Notes: generated by a model from the sequence alone, not told the origin. DNA of 64,000 nt from Candidatus Bathyarchaeota archaeon (GCA_963833575.1 CAWHXY010000004.1:224001-288000), one strand, 5' to 3'; positions 49,426-59,846 are shown, numbered from the stretch's first letter. Numbers and translations are program-made.

Positions 49426-50510
49426 CCTTGGATAGGAACGTTTTTTGCCCAAACCCTGCATGTTCCTTCGTTGCTCACCATGCATGCGCCGACAGGTTTC
49501 TCAGGTGTACAAGCCTTCAAAAACATGGGGCATTGGTCGGGTTTGATTTTTCCGATTATTACGAGGTGACATTCACATCCAAGCAAGATGTCTTTGCCTT
49601 GTTCCACGTGAACCCCATATTTTAAGCGTGCATCATAATCTGCTAACTTTTCGTTAAGTTGCAACGCTGAGTCTGGAAGCATGCCAATGCCCCGCCAATT
49701 GCCGCCTGTTATAGTAAATGCCTTACTCATCATTTCTAACGCTCGAAGATTGCCTTCAGGCTTAACAACGCGGGGATATTCATTCTCCAACTTGGGTTTT
49801 CCTTCGACATGTTGCTTAACAATCATGTAAACAGACATCAACACATCATTAGGTTCGAACCCAGCCACGACCGTTGGCATTCGATAGACTCGAGGGAACA
49901 ACTCGTAAGGTTTCAAGCCTATAATAGCGCTCACATGCCCAGGCGCTATGAATCCGTCAATCTGCAAGTCACCTACACCTAGAAGGAGTTCCATGGCAGG
50001 AGGAATTAATCGATGCGATACCAAAAAACTAAAGTTTCTAGTCGGTTTGCCGAGTGCTTCAAGCGCTGTTGAAGGAGCGGTAGTTTCAAATCCAACTGCG
50101 AAAAACACGAACTGTTTCTGCGGCTCGCTTTTAGCCATTTCAACTGCGTCTGAGACCGCGTAAACAATTCGGACATCAGCACCTGCTGCTTTAGCCTCTA
50201 AAAGCGACATTTTGCTGCCAGGCACGCGCAAAACATCTCCAAAGCATGTAACCACAATTCCCATCTGGGCAATCTGTACTGCTTCATCGATTTCAGCCGC
50301 TGGCACAATGCAAACGGGGCATCCGGGACCAGCAATTACCTCAACATTCTCAGGTAAGAGGCCGCGTAATCCAAAATGTGTTATGGTCCATTCGTGTGTT
50401 CCGCATACGTGGCAGATTTTTATTTTTTCGGTTTGTGATGCTAAGTTTTTGATTTTTGACGCTATGTTTTGCGCCAGTTCGGGGTTTCTGAACTTTAGGT
50501 TTTCAGCCAT
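49422..50510 (-). CDS. hypD: Hydrogenase maturation protein HypD
   Basis: CGTHE, GPGCPVC, GFETT, PGHVS, GACMVS.EG.C. Confidence 0.97.
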   Translation of the reverse strand: MAENLKFRNPELAQNIASKIKNLASQTEKIKICHVCGTHEWTITHFGLRGLLPENVEVIAGPGCPVCIVPAAEIDEAVQIAQMGIVVTCFGDVLRVPGSKMSLLEAKAAGADVRIVYAVSDAVEMAKSEPQKQFVFFAVGFETTAPSTALEALGKPTRNFSFLVSHRLIPPAMELLLGVGDLQIDGFIAPGHVSAIIGLKPYELFPRVYRMPTVVAGFEPNDVLMSVYMIVKQHVEGKPKLENEYPRVVKPEGNLRALEMMSKAFTITGGNWRGIGMLPDSALQLNEKLADYDARLKYGVHVEQGKDILLGCECHLVIIGKIKPDQCPMFLKACTPEKPVGACMVSNEGTCRVWAKNVPIQG

Positions 50511-50530
50511 TTCTATCGCTAACTTGCCGT

Positions 50531-50755
50531 TTATTGTTGGGAAGTTTCAAGAATGCTGTTCCATAAACTTAGGGTTTCTTTGGCTTCTTTTTCTTCGATA
50601 ACTGTAATTGCGTAGCCCGCGTGCACAAGAACATATTCGCCTACTTTAGCTTCAACAAGCGATACGTTGACTTCGCGCATGACGCCCTGGCCAAAATCAA
50701 CGTTAGCTTTAGTGCCATTAATATCCATAATTTTAGCTGGGATTGCTAAACACAT
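50531..50755 (-). CDS. hypC: Hydrogenase chaperone HypC
   Basis: MCLAIPA, VLVHAGYA; ATG 50755. Confidence 0.96.
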   Translation of the reverse strand: MCLAIPAKIMDINGTKANVDFGQGVMREVNVSLVEAKVGEYVLVHAGYAITVIEEKEAKETLSLWNSILETSQQ

Positions 50756-50804
50756 AACTATCAATTAACAAGGAGGCTTGAAAGATCGATAAAAAGAAAT
50801 TGGT

Positions 50805-53087
50805 TTAGAACTTGGAAAATCCAGCTACAACTGCCTGACCAAACGACACTCCGCCGTCGCCAGCTGGAACAGCTTCATGAACCAAAAACTGCAGGCCAGC
50901 AGCTTCAACAACTTCACGCATGATTGAGGCAAGTATTTGGTTGCAGGCAGCGCCACCTGAAAACCCAACCTGTTTAACGCCCAGTTCCATGGCGTTTTCA
51001 GCTGCCAAATCAGCTAACCCCCTTGCTAAATAATTATGTGCAGAAAAAGCCAAATCAGCAACAGAAAATTTTTGCCTATTCTCAAAAATTGCCCTCAACA
51101 TATTGGATGTGTGAAGCATATCGTCGTGAAAAAGAGGATTTTGGTGCAACACCTCTTTTCCAGCTAAGGCGGCTGATTCAAGTTTCATGGCTGGCTCCCC
51201 CTCATAACTTCGCTCAAAACAAACGTTCAGAACTGCTGAAACAGCATCTAAAACTCTGCCGCAACTCGTGGTTTCAACAGTTCCGATTCCTTTTCTAAGT
51301 TGGTCTAGAAGCAATTTAGCCTCAGTTTCGCCAAACGGCAAATGTGAGCTGTTTTGCATCAACCAAGGTTCAACTTCTAAGCCAGCCTTATCGAGCATTC
51401 CAGCGGATACACGCAGGGGATAACGGCTGGCTACATCGCCTCCCAAAAGTGGCTGGGGTTCCAAATGCCCAAGACGCATGAATTCTGTTGATTCACGGGT
51501 ACAAAAGAAGACCTCTCCTCCCCAAGCGCTCCCGTCAGTACCGTAGCCATACCCGTCGCAAACCACAGTAACAGCCTCTTCTAAGTTGTGCTCAGCCATC
51601 AAAGCTGCGGCGTGAGCATGATGATGTTGAACTTGGATGAGCGGTAAACCGTCGGCTTCTGCCATTTCTTTAGCTAATGCGGTTGTAGTGAATTTGGGGT
51701 GTAAGTCGCAAACGACGGTTTCAGCGTGGCAGTTGGTTAAGTGGTAGAGGTGGGTTGTGGCTTCTTGTAGAAACGCTCGGGTTTCTATGTTTTCGACGTC
51801 GCCGATATGTTGGCTGATGAATGCTTTGTCGTCAAGCAGAACGCAAGCGGTGTTGTTTAGTTCGCCCCCCAGTCCTACTACGCATCGCTTCGACTTCGTT
51901 TTGAGCCTGATTGGTGCTGGAGCGTAACCTCGGCTTCGCCTAAGAAAAACTTGGTGGTTTCCATGAACGCGCATAACTGAGTCGTCGCATCGGTGGGCGA
52001 TTTTGCGGTTATGGAACAAAAAATAATCCACTGTCCCACCTAAAGTTTTGAGGGCTTGATCGTTGTCTTTTACGATGGGTTGGTTTGGCGGGTTGGCGCT
52101 GGTCATCACAAAAGCGGGGTCGTCGACTTTGTCAAATAGCATGTAATGAAGACCAGTATAGGGCAACATGACGCCGATGTTATGCAGGTTCGGCGCAACC
52201 AGCGGCGATAAATTGTAATTGCCTCTTTTGTTTAGCAAAACGATTGGTCGTGCAGGGGAAGATAGCAGTTCCTGTTCCTTCGAATTTACTTCGGCAAAAC
52301 TCTTTGCCACCTCAAGGTTTCTTGCCATTATTGCGAAGGGTTTTTGGCTTCTATGCTTCGTTGCTCGAAGCCGTTCCAAAGGTGCCTCAAGCATAACTGA
52401 GGACGCAATGTGGAAGCCGCCGTACCCTTTTATGGCAAGCACATTTCCTTCAGACAGCAGTTTTCCTGCTTCACGCACAGGGTCTTTGGCGCTGACCGTT
52501 TCGCCTGTCCTTGTGGTTAGGTAAGCTTCTGGTCCACAGGGTACACAAGCTATGGTTTGCGCATTAAAACGGCGGTTTGTTGGGTCGTCATATTCTTTTT
52601 GGCAGAAGCCACAAAAGGGAAACTCGCGCATGGCAGTATTTTCGCGGTCATATGGCAAGCGTTCGATGATTGTGAAGCGTGGACCGCAGTTGGTACAAGT
52701 TATAAAGAAATATTCGTAACGCGGATTTTTTGGGTCACGCAGTTCTGTGAGACATTCGTTGCAGATGGCTATGTCTGGCGGAATAATTGAGCCAGATTGT
52801 TTTGCTTCTCCTGAGCTTTTTATAATCGTAAATTTGTCATATTCGTTTTTGCTTGAAAGCGCAGTCGATTTAACCGTGTCTATTTGCGCTAAAGGCGGCT
52901 TTTTCTCTGTCAAATCACGCGTAAAACTTTCGATGCTTTGCTCAGGCCCTTCCAAAAGGATTTCTACTCCGGCATCTCCCATGTTCCGAACGTAGCCTGC
53001 CAAACTATTTTCCATCGCCAAACAATAAATAAATGGGCGAAAACCTACACCCTGAACAATACCTGTAACATTGATTTTTACGCGCAA
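50805..53087 (-). CDS. hypF: Carbamoyltransferase HypF
   Basis: GIVQGVGFRP, CTNCGPRF, QHHHAH, DGYGYG, GDGGVSFGQ. Confidence 0.97.
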   Translation of the reverse strand: MRVKINVTGIVQGVGFRPFIYCLAMENSLAGYVRNMGDAGVEILLEGPEQSIESFTRDLTEKKPPLAQIDTVKSTALSSKNEYDKFTIIKSSGEAKQSGSIIPPDIAICNECLTELRDPKNPRYEYFFITCTNCGPRFTIIERLPYDRENTAMREFPFCGFCQKEYDDPTNRRFNAQTIACVPCGPEAYLTTRTGETVSAKDPVREAGKLLSEGNVLAIKGYGGFHIASSVMLEAPLERLRATKHRSQKPFAIMARNLEVAKSFAEVNSKEQELLSSPARPIVLLNKRGNYNLSPLVAPNLHNIGVMLPYTGLHYMLFDKVDDPAFVMTSANPPNQPIVKDNDQALKTLGGTVDYFLFHNRKIAHRCDDSVMRVHGNHQVFLRRSRGYAPAPIRLKTKSKRCVVGLGGELNNTACVLLDDKAFISQHIGDVENIETRAFLQEATTHLYHLTNCHAETVVCDLHPKFTTTALAKEMAEADGLPLIQVQHHHAHAAALMAEHNLEEAVTVVCDGYGYGTDGSAWGGEVFFCTRESTEFMRLGHLEPQPLLGGDVASRYPLRVSAGMLDKAGLEVEPWLMQNSSHLPFGETEAKLLLDQLRKGIGTVETTSCGRVLDAVSAVLNVCFERSYEGEPAMKLESAALAGKEVLHQNPLFHDDMLHTSNMLRAIFENRQKFSVADLAFSAHNYLARGLADLAAENAMELGVKQVGFSGGAACNQILASIMREVVEAAGLQFLVHEAVPAGDGGVSFGQAVVAGFSKF

Positions 53088-53185
53088 AGATAGAGCCTTA
53101 ACTAATTCAAGAACAAAGATTTCTCTTATACATTTCGAAGAAATTTGACAACATTTAAAACAAACAAATTTCCATCAGATTATGT

Positions 53186-53404
53186 TTGATGGGAATGAAA
53201 GGAATAACATTTGCAATCGCATTTATCTTAACAGTTTGTTTTGTCATCAGTGGAGTCGCGCTTTACCCGAATATCTTAGGTCGAGCAGCAGTTTCTAACA
53301 ACGAGTTTGTTTTCGGGTTTTTCTTAGGTCCATTTTCTGTGTTATTGTTCTTTGCGTGGATTGGAGAAAAAATCGTTTTTAAAATAAGGAAAAGAAAAAA
53401 GTAG
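53186..53404 (+). CDS. Small two-TM membrane protein
   Basis: Two hydrophobic helices and a basic C-terminus. Confidence 0.55.
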   Translation: MMGMKGITFAIAFILTVCFVISGVALYPNILGRAAVSNNEFVFGFFLGPFSVLLFFAWIGEKIVFKIRKRKK

Positions 53405-53405
53405 A

Positions 53406-55034
53406 TTACAGTTTTTCTTTCAGCAATCGCTTTAAAACTTTGCCCGCAGAACTAACAGGCAATTCTTTCCTAAACTCAATGTCCCTTATTGCTTTGTAGG
53501 ATGCGACTTTGTCGTTAACGAAAACCATTATTTGTTGTGCCGTTCCAGCTTTACCTTCTTTGAGCACAACGAAAGCTTTTGGAACTTCCCCCGCCAACGG
53601 GTCTGGTTTGCCGACCACCGCGCACAATTTCACAGCTGGATGCTCATAGAGGATGTCTTCGAGGTCGCGCGGGTAGACGCTGAAATCCTTGGTTTTTATG
53701 AGGTCTTTCTTGCGATCGGTGATATAGAAGTATCCATCTTTGTCCATATGTGCAATGTCGCCGGTCAAAAGCCATCCGTTGCGGAGTACCAAAGCAGTTT
53801 CCTCGGGCTTACGCCAGTATCCCTTCATGACTTGTGGTCCCTTCACAGCCAGCTCACCTGTCTCGCCCGCGCCAAGAGTTTTTTGCCCTGTTCCCAAATC
53901 AACTATCCGCGCGTCCGTATCGGGCAGCGGCAACCCGATTGAACCCACCTTCACCATCCACATTGTCCTTTCAACTGGACTGCAATGGGTAACTGGAGAT
54001 GCCTCGGTTAACCCGTAGCCTTCTGCTAACAATCCGCCTGTGACTTGCATGAACCGCTTTTGGACTTGCGGAGGCAAAGAAGATGCACCTGAAATACAAA
54101 CATTAATTGAAGTTAAGTCATATTTGCCAAGCTCTGAATTCGCCAGCAACGCAGAGTACATAGTTGGGACACCGCAAAAGACTGTTACTTTATACTTCTG
54201 GATGAATTGCAAGGCTTTGGCGGGCTCAAACTTTGGCATTAGAACCATTTTTGCAGCTAAACTTACGGGTACATTCAGGCTGGTTGTCATGCCGTAAATG
54301 TGGAATAGGGGAAGCGCTGTCAGGAAGGTTTCTTGTGCGGCTGTGCCTTTTATCCAAGCGGCGAAGGCAAGAGCGTTTGAAATGAGATTTGTATGAGTTA
54401 GCATGGCGCCCTTAGCAGTTCCCGTTGTGCCGCCTGTGTATTGCAATGCGGCTAGGTCTTCATCTGGATGCATTTTCACGTTTTGGCAGCTACAAGGGGC
54501 TTTTTCTAATAAAACCTGAAAAGCAAAAGTGTGTGGAACATCTAGCGTGCGCGTCTTTTTATAGCAATAGTCATCAAGCCCAGTTATTATAACGTTTTTG
54601 AGCTGGGTTTTTTGTTTAACCTTCGTTATTATTGGATAAAGGGAGTCTAACGCCACAATAGTTTGCGCGCTTGAATCGTTCAGTTGGTACTCAACTTCGC
54701 GCTCCCGATGAAGCGGACTTATAGCTGTTACCACACCGCCTGCCTTGAGGATTCCGAAGTAAGCAACAATGAATTGGGGGATGTTGGGAAGAAAAATTGC
54801 GGCACGGTCACCTTTCTTTAACCCTAGTTTAACAAGGGAATTAGCAAACTGATTTGAGAGCAAATCCAACTGAGCATAAGTAATTTCCCGCTCACCGAAA
54901 ACTATGGCGGTTTTTTGTGGAAATTCCTTAGCGCTTTTTTGGAGGATTTCTTGGAGAGGAACTTGTGGATATTCGATGTGTTTTGGAATTTGGGGTGGCC
55001 ATGACTTAAACCAAGGCTTATTATCTGTCATCAA
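53406..55034 (-). CDS. Long-chain-fatty-acid--CoA ligase (AMP-binding)
   Basis: YTGGTTGTAKG, EGYGLTE, TGDIA, DRKKD. Confidence 0.92.
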   Translation of the reverse strand: MMTDNKPWFKSWPPQIPKHIEYPQVPLQEILQKSAKEFPQKTAIVFGEREITYAQLDLLSNQFANSLVKLGLKKGDRAAIFLPNIPQFIVAYFGILKAGGVVTAISPLHREREVEYQLNDSSAQTIVALDSLYPIITKVKQKTQLKNVIITGLDDYCYKKTRTLDVPHTFAFQVLLEKAPCSCQNVKMHPDEDLAALQYTGGTTGTAKGAMLTHTNLISNALAFAAWIKGTAAQETFLTALPLFHIYGMTTSLNVPVSLAAKMVLMPKFEPAKALQFIQKYKVTVFCGVPTMYSALLANSELGKYDLTSINVCISGASSLPPQVQKRFMQVTGGLLAEGYGLTEASPVTHCSPVERTMWMVKVGSIGLPLPDTDARIVDLGTGQKTLGAGETGELAVKGPQVMKGYWRKPEETALVLRNGWLLTGDIAHMDKDGYFYITDRKKDLIKTKDFSVYPRDLEDILYEHPAVKLCAVVGKPDPLAGEVPKAFVVLKEGKAGTAQQIMVFVNDKVASYKAIRDIEFRKELPVSSAGKVLKRLLKEKL

Positions 55035-55075
55035 ATCATTGCTCGCAGGGACATTTTATGAATCTTTTTAAGGGT

Positions 55076-55444
55076 TTATTTAAAAGATTTTGAGTAATCA
55101 GTCAAACCTAACCTGTTTCCAAATGGGTCATCAAACTCAACCGCCAGACCTGTCTGGATCTGAAACGGTTCAGATAGAAACTTTAGGCCTTTGGCTTTGA
55201 GGCGTTTGTATTCTTCTTGCACATTATCCACCACAAACCAGATAGTTGGTTTGGTGTTTGGGAACTTGCTTGTGTCTTTCAAGATAATTGCGGGCTCGCT
55301 ATCACCGACCTTGAAGGCTATCATGCCCATATTTGAAAAGTCAAATTTGACCGGTAGCCCTAGAAGGTCTTTGTAGAATTCTTTTCCTTTTTTCAAATCA
55401 CCGCTTGGAAGGAAAAAATTGTCATAGTCTTTCATTAGTTTCAC
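55076..55444 (-). CDS. VOC/glyoxalase family protein
   Basis: FYKDLLGL, FVVDNV, FDDPFGNRL. Confidence 0.88.
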   Translation of the reverse strand: MKLMKDYDNFFLPSGDLKKGKEFYKDLLGLPVKFDFSNMGMIAFKVGDSEPAIILKDTSKFPNTKPTIWFVVDNVQEEYKRLKAKGLKFLSEPFQIQTGLAVEFDDPFGNRLGLTDYSKSFK

Positions 55445-55502
55445 TAAGATTGGTTCTTAGTCAGGTTGTTAATAAGATTTTACGGTAAATTGAGGAAATG
55501 TT

Positions 55503-55611
55503 TGGTGCCGGGAACGGGATTCGAGCCCGTGACTTCTGGTCATAAGGCGCTTGCCCCTTACAAACTCCAGATTATGAGTCTGGCGCCCTAGCCAGGCTAG
55601 GCTACCCCGGC
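55503..55611 (-). tRNA. tRNA-Met (elongator type, CAT) with encoded CCA and a 31-nt intron (55534-55564) at position 45/46
   Basis: GCCGGGG/TCCCGGC acceptor stem, CCAGA-CTCATAA-TCTGG anticodon arm, ACGGG-CTCGAAT-CCCGT T arm. Splicing restores variable loop AGGTC. Confidence 0.9.
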
Positions 55612-56201
55612 ACGCAAAATGCCGCCGTTTTTGGTGGCTGAAATCATTTAGTTTGTTTTCGATGATTTAAACTTTTAAGAAGACTCCAAAGATTTGCTCG
55701 CTACATTAAGTAGAAACTAATGGTTAGTAGTGGGTGTGGTGGAAGTTTTAGAGCTAAAATGAACCTGAGGATTCAAAAGCGCTTGTTTTTAACTTGAAAA
55801 TCGGCTCAAATCAAGCTTAGATTCGCTAATCATTGGTGGAAGTGGCTTTGAGTACTGTGGAGTTTTGAACTATTCTTCCATGAAATAAATGTGCAATTGA
55901 ACTTGGACGACGTATTTTTGCACTGAAAGCACCAAGAACGTGTGGGCTTCTAAAATTTAATGAATTGTAGGAAGAATGACTATGAGTGAAAGCTTAATGC
56001 ACCAGTTGTTAGGATTGGGCATTGGGCGCTTCGGTTGCAGTTTGCAAGGAAGCTTGCAACTTTCGTGGTCAATTCAAATGCGGAGCACTTGTCTTTTTCA
56101 AAGGAGCAAGCCAGAATTGCTTGTATGCATCATAAAATTGGCATTTTGTTTTACATAAAATTTATTGGAGTGGAAAACGCAAGCATATGTGGTGAGTTTG
56201 T

Positions 56202-56795
56202 TTGTCTTCAGATAATGATGATTATCCTGAATGGCCAAGAAAACGAAGGGGCAAGGACCCGTTTTTCGGCGATATAGATGAGATGTTTCGTGAAATGGAG
56301 AAAATGATGGATGAAGAAATGAAGAATTTTGCCGATAAGGTTCCGAAGGAATATGTTAAAGAGCGCAAACTCCCCGATGGAAGCACGGTTAAGGAGCTTG
56401 GACCCTTCGTTTATGGTTATAGTATGAAGATTGGTCCTGATGGCAAACCTGAAATTCAAAAGTTTGGAAACCTCAAAAAAGGACTCACAGGAACACCCCA
56501 GATTAAAGAAGAACGTGAGCCACTTGTAGACATTGTAGAAACAGAAGAAGACGTCCATGTGGTTGTGGAGTTGCCGGGCGTTGAAAAAACTGACATAAAA
56601 CTTCACGGTACAGACGATTCCTTAACGATTTCTGTTGATACACCCCACTACAAGTATTACAAAGAAGTAAATTTGCCAGTTAAAGTAAAGATTGTAGAAG
56701 CACATTCAAGCTACAAAAACGGCGTCTTAGAAGTAGTAATTCCCAAAGCCGAATCAGAAAACAAGCCTAAAGGTCTACCTATCGATATAGGCTAA
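56202..56795 (+). CDS. hsp20: Archaeal small heat shock protein Hsp20
   Basis: GPFVYGYSMKIGPDGKP, EREPLVD, ELPGV, YKNGVLEV. Confidence 0.95.
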   Translation: MSSDNDDYPEWPRKRRGKDPFFGDIDEMFREMEKMMDEEMKNFADKVPKEYVKERKLPDGSTVKELGPFVYGYSMKIGPDGKPEIQKFGNLKKGLTGTPQIKEEREPLVDIVETEEDVHVVVELPGVEKTDIKLHGTDDSLTISVDTPHYKYYKEVNLPVKVKIVEAHSSYKNGVLEVVIPKAESENKPKGLPIDIG

Positions 56796-56841
56796 AAGCT
56801 AAATTCACTGTCAAGCTAATCTTTATGCAGCGAGTGTAGAA

Positions 56842-57252
56842 ATGAGCGGCACTTCAGAAATAGATACGTTAAACGCTATATGTCGAGAAGCAAAAACAGC
56901 GGGAAAACTGTCAGGCTCAAACATAACAGAGCTCTACGAACTTTTCGGATCAAGATTCACAAAAGCCCTTGACGCATTAAAAGAGAACCGCGCAAAAAAA
57001 TATATTTTTAAACCAAGCGGAAGAGTCGTTTGGATAGTTATAGGCAGAGAGAGGGATTACTTGATTATGCCAGAAGCTGAATTCTGCACTTGTGACGATT
57101 TTTATTTTAGAGTACTAGATAGAAAAGTCCACATGTGCTATCACATCTTAACTCAGAAGATCGCGCAAAACCTCAGCTGGTTTGAGACTATTGATGAAAA
57201 CGATGACTGCTATGACATGTTGATGAATGAGTGGAAAAAAGCGACTACTTAA
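56842..57252 (+). CDS. SWIM zinc finger protein
   Basis: WIVIG...Y......FCTCDDF.......CYH. Confidence 0.85.
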   Translation: MSGTSEIDTLNAICREAKTAGKLSGSNITELYELFGSRFTKALDALKENRAKKYIFKPSGRVVWIVIGRERDYLIMPEAEFCTCDDFYFRVLDRKVHMCYHILTQKIAQNLSWFETIDENDDCYDMLMNEWKKATT

Positions 57253-57298
57253 ATATTAAGAGGCACAAGAATATGATAAAATGCAAGGATGAATCTCT

Positions 57299-57418
57299 AT
57301 GGATTTAAGCGCATACTTCATAAGTTTACAATATGTCCTCATGGGCTCAATTTTTATCGCACTAGCTATGATCTTCCTCTACATGTACTACGGCAAAGAA
57401 GAAGAGGAAACCGAATAA
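57299..57418 (+). CDS. Putative 39-aa single-TM microprotein
   Basis: Manual translation MDLSAYFISLQYVLMGSIFIALAMIFLYMYYGKEEEETE*. Confidence 0.5.
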   Translation: MDLSAYFISLQYVLMGSIFIALAMIFLYMYYGKEEEETE

Positions 57419-57425
57419 ACCCTTT

Positions 57426-57722
57426 TTAAACGCTAAACCTTCCCGATCTTCTGTTCGTTAATACAAAGATTATGACACTCACAATTGCAAGAATTATTCC
57501 AATTACAATAAGCCAAGTGGCATTTGGTCCTGATCCAAAAACGATTGGAAATGGTCCGATAAAAATAACCGCTCCAACGCTTCCGGAACCCAAAACCATT
57601 GATGCAACCACCGCAACAATTACTCCAACAAAGATCAAGGCAAATCCTAAAATTATAAGGTTGAAAAGCCTGCTGGAAATCGCGATGCCTTCCTCTTCAT
57701 TTTCCTCAGCGCTTCGCAACAT
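57426..57722 (-). CDS. DUF131 (TIGR00304) membrane protein
   Basis: GAVIFIGPFPIVFG. Confidence 0.88.
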   Translation of the reverse strand: MLRSAEENEEEGIAISSRLFNLIILGFALIFVGVIVAVVASMVLGSGSVGAVIFIGPFPIVFGSGPNATWLIVIGIILAIVSVIIFVLTNRRSGRFSV

Positions 57723-57726
57723 CGGA

Positions 57727-57987
57727 TTACCTCAGCAACCAGTAATAAATTAGCGCGGCTATCACCAACACTATTGTGAGTGTTAAAGCAAGTACCAAAA
57801 CCGTTTTTACTGATTCTTTATTTGTTCCAAAAATTATCGGAATAGGACCAATCATGATTACGCCCACAGCCTCCACCTTTCCTTTACTTGCACCGCGGAT
57901 TGCCAATAAAATAACTGCTAAGACGGCAATTATGATTCCGACAGCAATCAACGCTATGCCAACTGCAAAAAGAATTGTACCATCCAC
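57727..57987 (-). CDS. DUF131 (TIGR00304) membrane protein
   Basis: GVIMIGPIPIIFGT. Confidence 0.88.
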   Translation of the reverse strand: MDGTILFAVGIALIAVGIIIAVLAVILLAIRGASKGKVEAVGVIMIGPIPIIFGTNKESVKTVLVLALTLTIVLVIAALIYYWLLR

Positions 57988-58109
57988 GCGGTTATCCTCC
58001 AGCGCTCCAAATTAAGAAAAGATCTATGTTTTTAATAAATACAACAACAAAACTTGCAAAATGCAAAAAAATTAAAAGCGGCAATATATCTTTATCGTGT
58101 CGGCGTAAA

Positions 58110-59261
58110 ATGACCACTCAAGACATAATTGACCAAATTTTAGAAAAAAATCCTGGCTTAAGCCAAGCTCAGATTCTTGAAAAGGTACATGCTGAAAAAG
58201 TCAGAACAGGTGGGCTACTTGATGAAAAGACACTTTTGAGGTTAATTGCTGCAAAATATGGTGTTTCAGTGCAACAAAACGAAATACATAACGATGGAAC
58301 CTTATCAACAAGCCGATTGTTCGCCGGATTAAACAACGTTACAGTAGCAGGTCATGTAATTGCGGTTTTTCCAGTTAAAAGCTTCGAAGGCGAAAAACCG
58401 GGAAAATTTGCAACCATCATGGTAGCGGATCACGACGGCATAATCCGCGTAGTGTTGTGGAATGATAAGGCAGAGTTAGTTGAGAAGAACGAACTAAAAG
58501 TCGGACAAACAATCCGGCTACTTCACGGTTACACCAGACCAGATTTATACGGCAAAGTTGAGTTGCATCTTGGCGGCAAAAGCCAAATTGAAGTCGAGCC
58601 TCCAGAAAAAGCCATTGCATACCCAGCCATCGGCAAGTTTGCTAGCAAAATAAGTTCCCTAAGCAAGACATCTGGGAATGTACATCTTTCTGGCACTGTT
58701 AAAGCGGTTTTAGGGTTAACTAAGTTTACTCGAAGTGACCAAAGCGATGGAACAGTTATGCGGTTCACTTTGGCTGATAGTTCTGGAGAAGTGACAGTTG
58801 TTGCTTGGAACGAAAAAGCTTTAGAATTAGAAAAAAAACTGAAAGCGAACGCGAGTCTACAATTGGGCAACGCTAAGGTAAAAGAAACCCAAAATGGGGG
58901 ATTAGAAGTTCATGTTGACTTCACCAGTTTTGTTGATATTCAAGCTCCACCATTGCAGTTTACGAAAATATCCAGCTTAGCAGAAAACCTCAGCGCAAAT
59001 GTTGAAGGCGAAGTTTCGACAATTTTTGAAAACAAAGAAGTAACTACGGCGAAAGGAGAAAACGTGAAGCTAATGGTTTTTGAATTAAAAGACGATTCTG
59101 GCGCCGCAAAAGTTTCGGCTTGGAGACAACACGCAGAAGCTCTTAATGCCTTAAAGATTGGCGATAAATTGCGTTTGGAAGATGTTTATGCTAAGAAGGG
59201 TTTTGGAGATAAAATGGAGCTCTCTACCAGGAATGCTACGATTGCCTCCGTTATTTCCTAA
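58110..59261 (+). CDS. rpa: Replication protein A-like multi-OB-fold ssDNA-binding protein
   Basis: Three OB folds (D..G.IRVVLW, DSSGEVTVVAW, DDSG..KVSAW); ATG 58110. Confidence 0.85.
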   Translation: MTTQDIIDQILEKNPGLSQAQILEKVHAEKVRTGGLLDEKTLLRLIAAKYGVSVQQNEIHNDGTLSTSRLFAGLNNVTVAGHVIAVFPVKSFEGEKPGKFATIMVADHDGIIRVVLWNDKAELVEKNELKVGQTIRLLHGYTRPDLYGKVELHLGGKSQIEVEPPEKAIAYPAIGKFASKISSLSKTSGNVHLSGTVKAVLGLTKFTRSDQSDGTVMRFTLADSSGEVTVVAWNEKALELEKKLKANASLQLGNAKVKETQNGGLEVHVDFTSFVDIQAPPLQFTKISSLAENLSANVEGEVSTIFENKEVTTAKGENVKLMVFELKDDSGAAKVSAWRQHAEALNALKIGDKLRLEDVYAKKGFGDKMELSTRNATIASVIS

Positions 59262-59306
59262 AACTTGCATCTAAAACAGTGATTTCTTGATTATTCAGTT
59301 GTCTTC

Positions 59307-59846
59307 TCATTGCTTGCCATTAAATTGTTTTTTCTGTACCTCAGAGTTCTTATTAGTATAACCTGAGAAAACATGCTCATCTTTTGGCATATTACAATAA
59401 CTTTCGCAGTATTTTGTAATTGTCGGAAAAATTGCCTTCACACGTTCAACACGCTTCTTTGCGTTAAGCTTCTCGCCAAGCTGAATCACGTCGTTTGGCT
59501 TGCTAAATTTCTCAACTGTGCCGTCTTCGCGTTTCCGCTCGATTTTTATGCAATCATCAACCATGCAGTTTAGCACGCAAGCACCACAGTAAACGCATAA
59601 GTCCTCCGTTAATCCAACTCCGCTATTAGTCCAGTACAATGCATTAGTTGGGCAGGCTTTGATGCAAAGTTTGCATTGTCCGCCGACGCATGTGAATTTG
59701 TTTATGTTTACTTTGCCGTCTTTGAAGAGCTCTTTTATTCCCGTTGGCTCCAAAAGCTCTTGTCTACGCTTCTTTTTTTCCTGTTCGGGGTTTTCCTCTG
59801 ACATTAAGCCGAATATATCGTAGGAAGAAGCGTTTTTCTCTGGCAT
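59307..59846 (-). CDS. 4Fe-4S dicluster domain protein
   Basis: CVGGQCKLCIKACP, CVYCGACVLNC. Confidence 0.88.
   Translation of the reverse strand: MPEKNASSYDIFGLMSEENPEQEKKKRRQELLEPTGIKELFKDGKVNINKFTCVGGQCKLCIKACPTNALYWTNSGVGLTEDLCVYCGACVLNCMVDDCIKIERKREDGTVEKFSKPNDVIQLGEKLNAKKRVERVKAIFPTITKYCESYCNMPKDEHVFSGYTNKNSEVQKKQFNGKQ

Noticed and set aside
55076-55503. Integrated element at the tRNA 3' end
   Set aside because: No integrase and no duplicated tRNA 3' end (att site) found in the window.
55745-55760. GTTTTAGAGCTA, identical to the start of the SpCas9 repeat
   Set aside because: Single 12-mer within a short palindrome (TTTTAG-AG-CTAAAA), with no array or cas9; treated as coincidence.
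55976-56277. Short ORFs upstream of hsp20
   Set aside because: They overlap each other and hsp20 and have no recognisable features.
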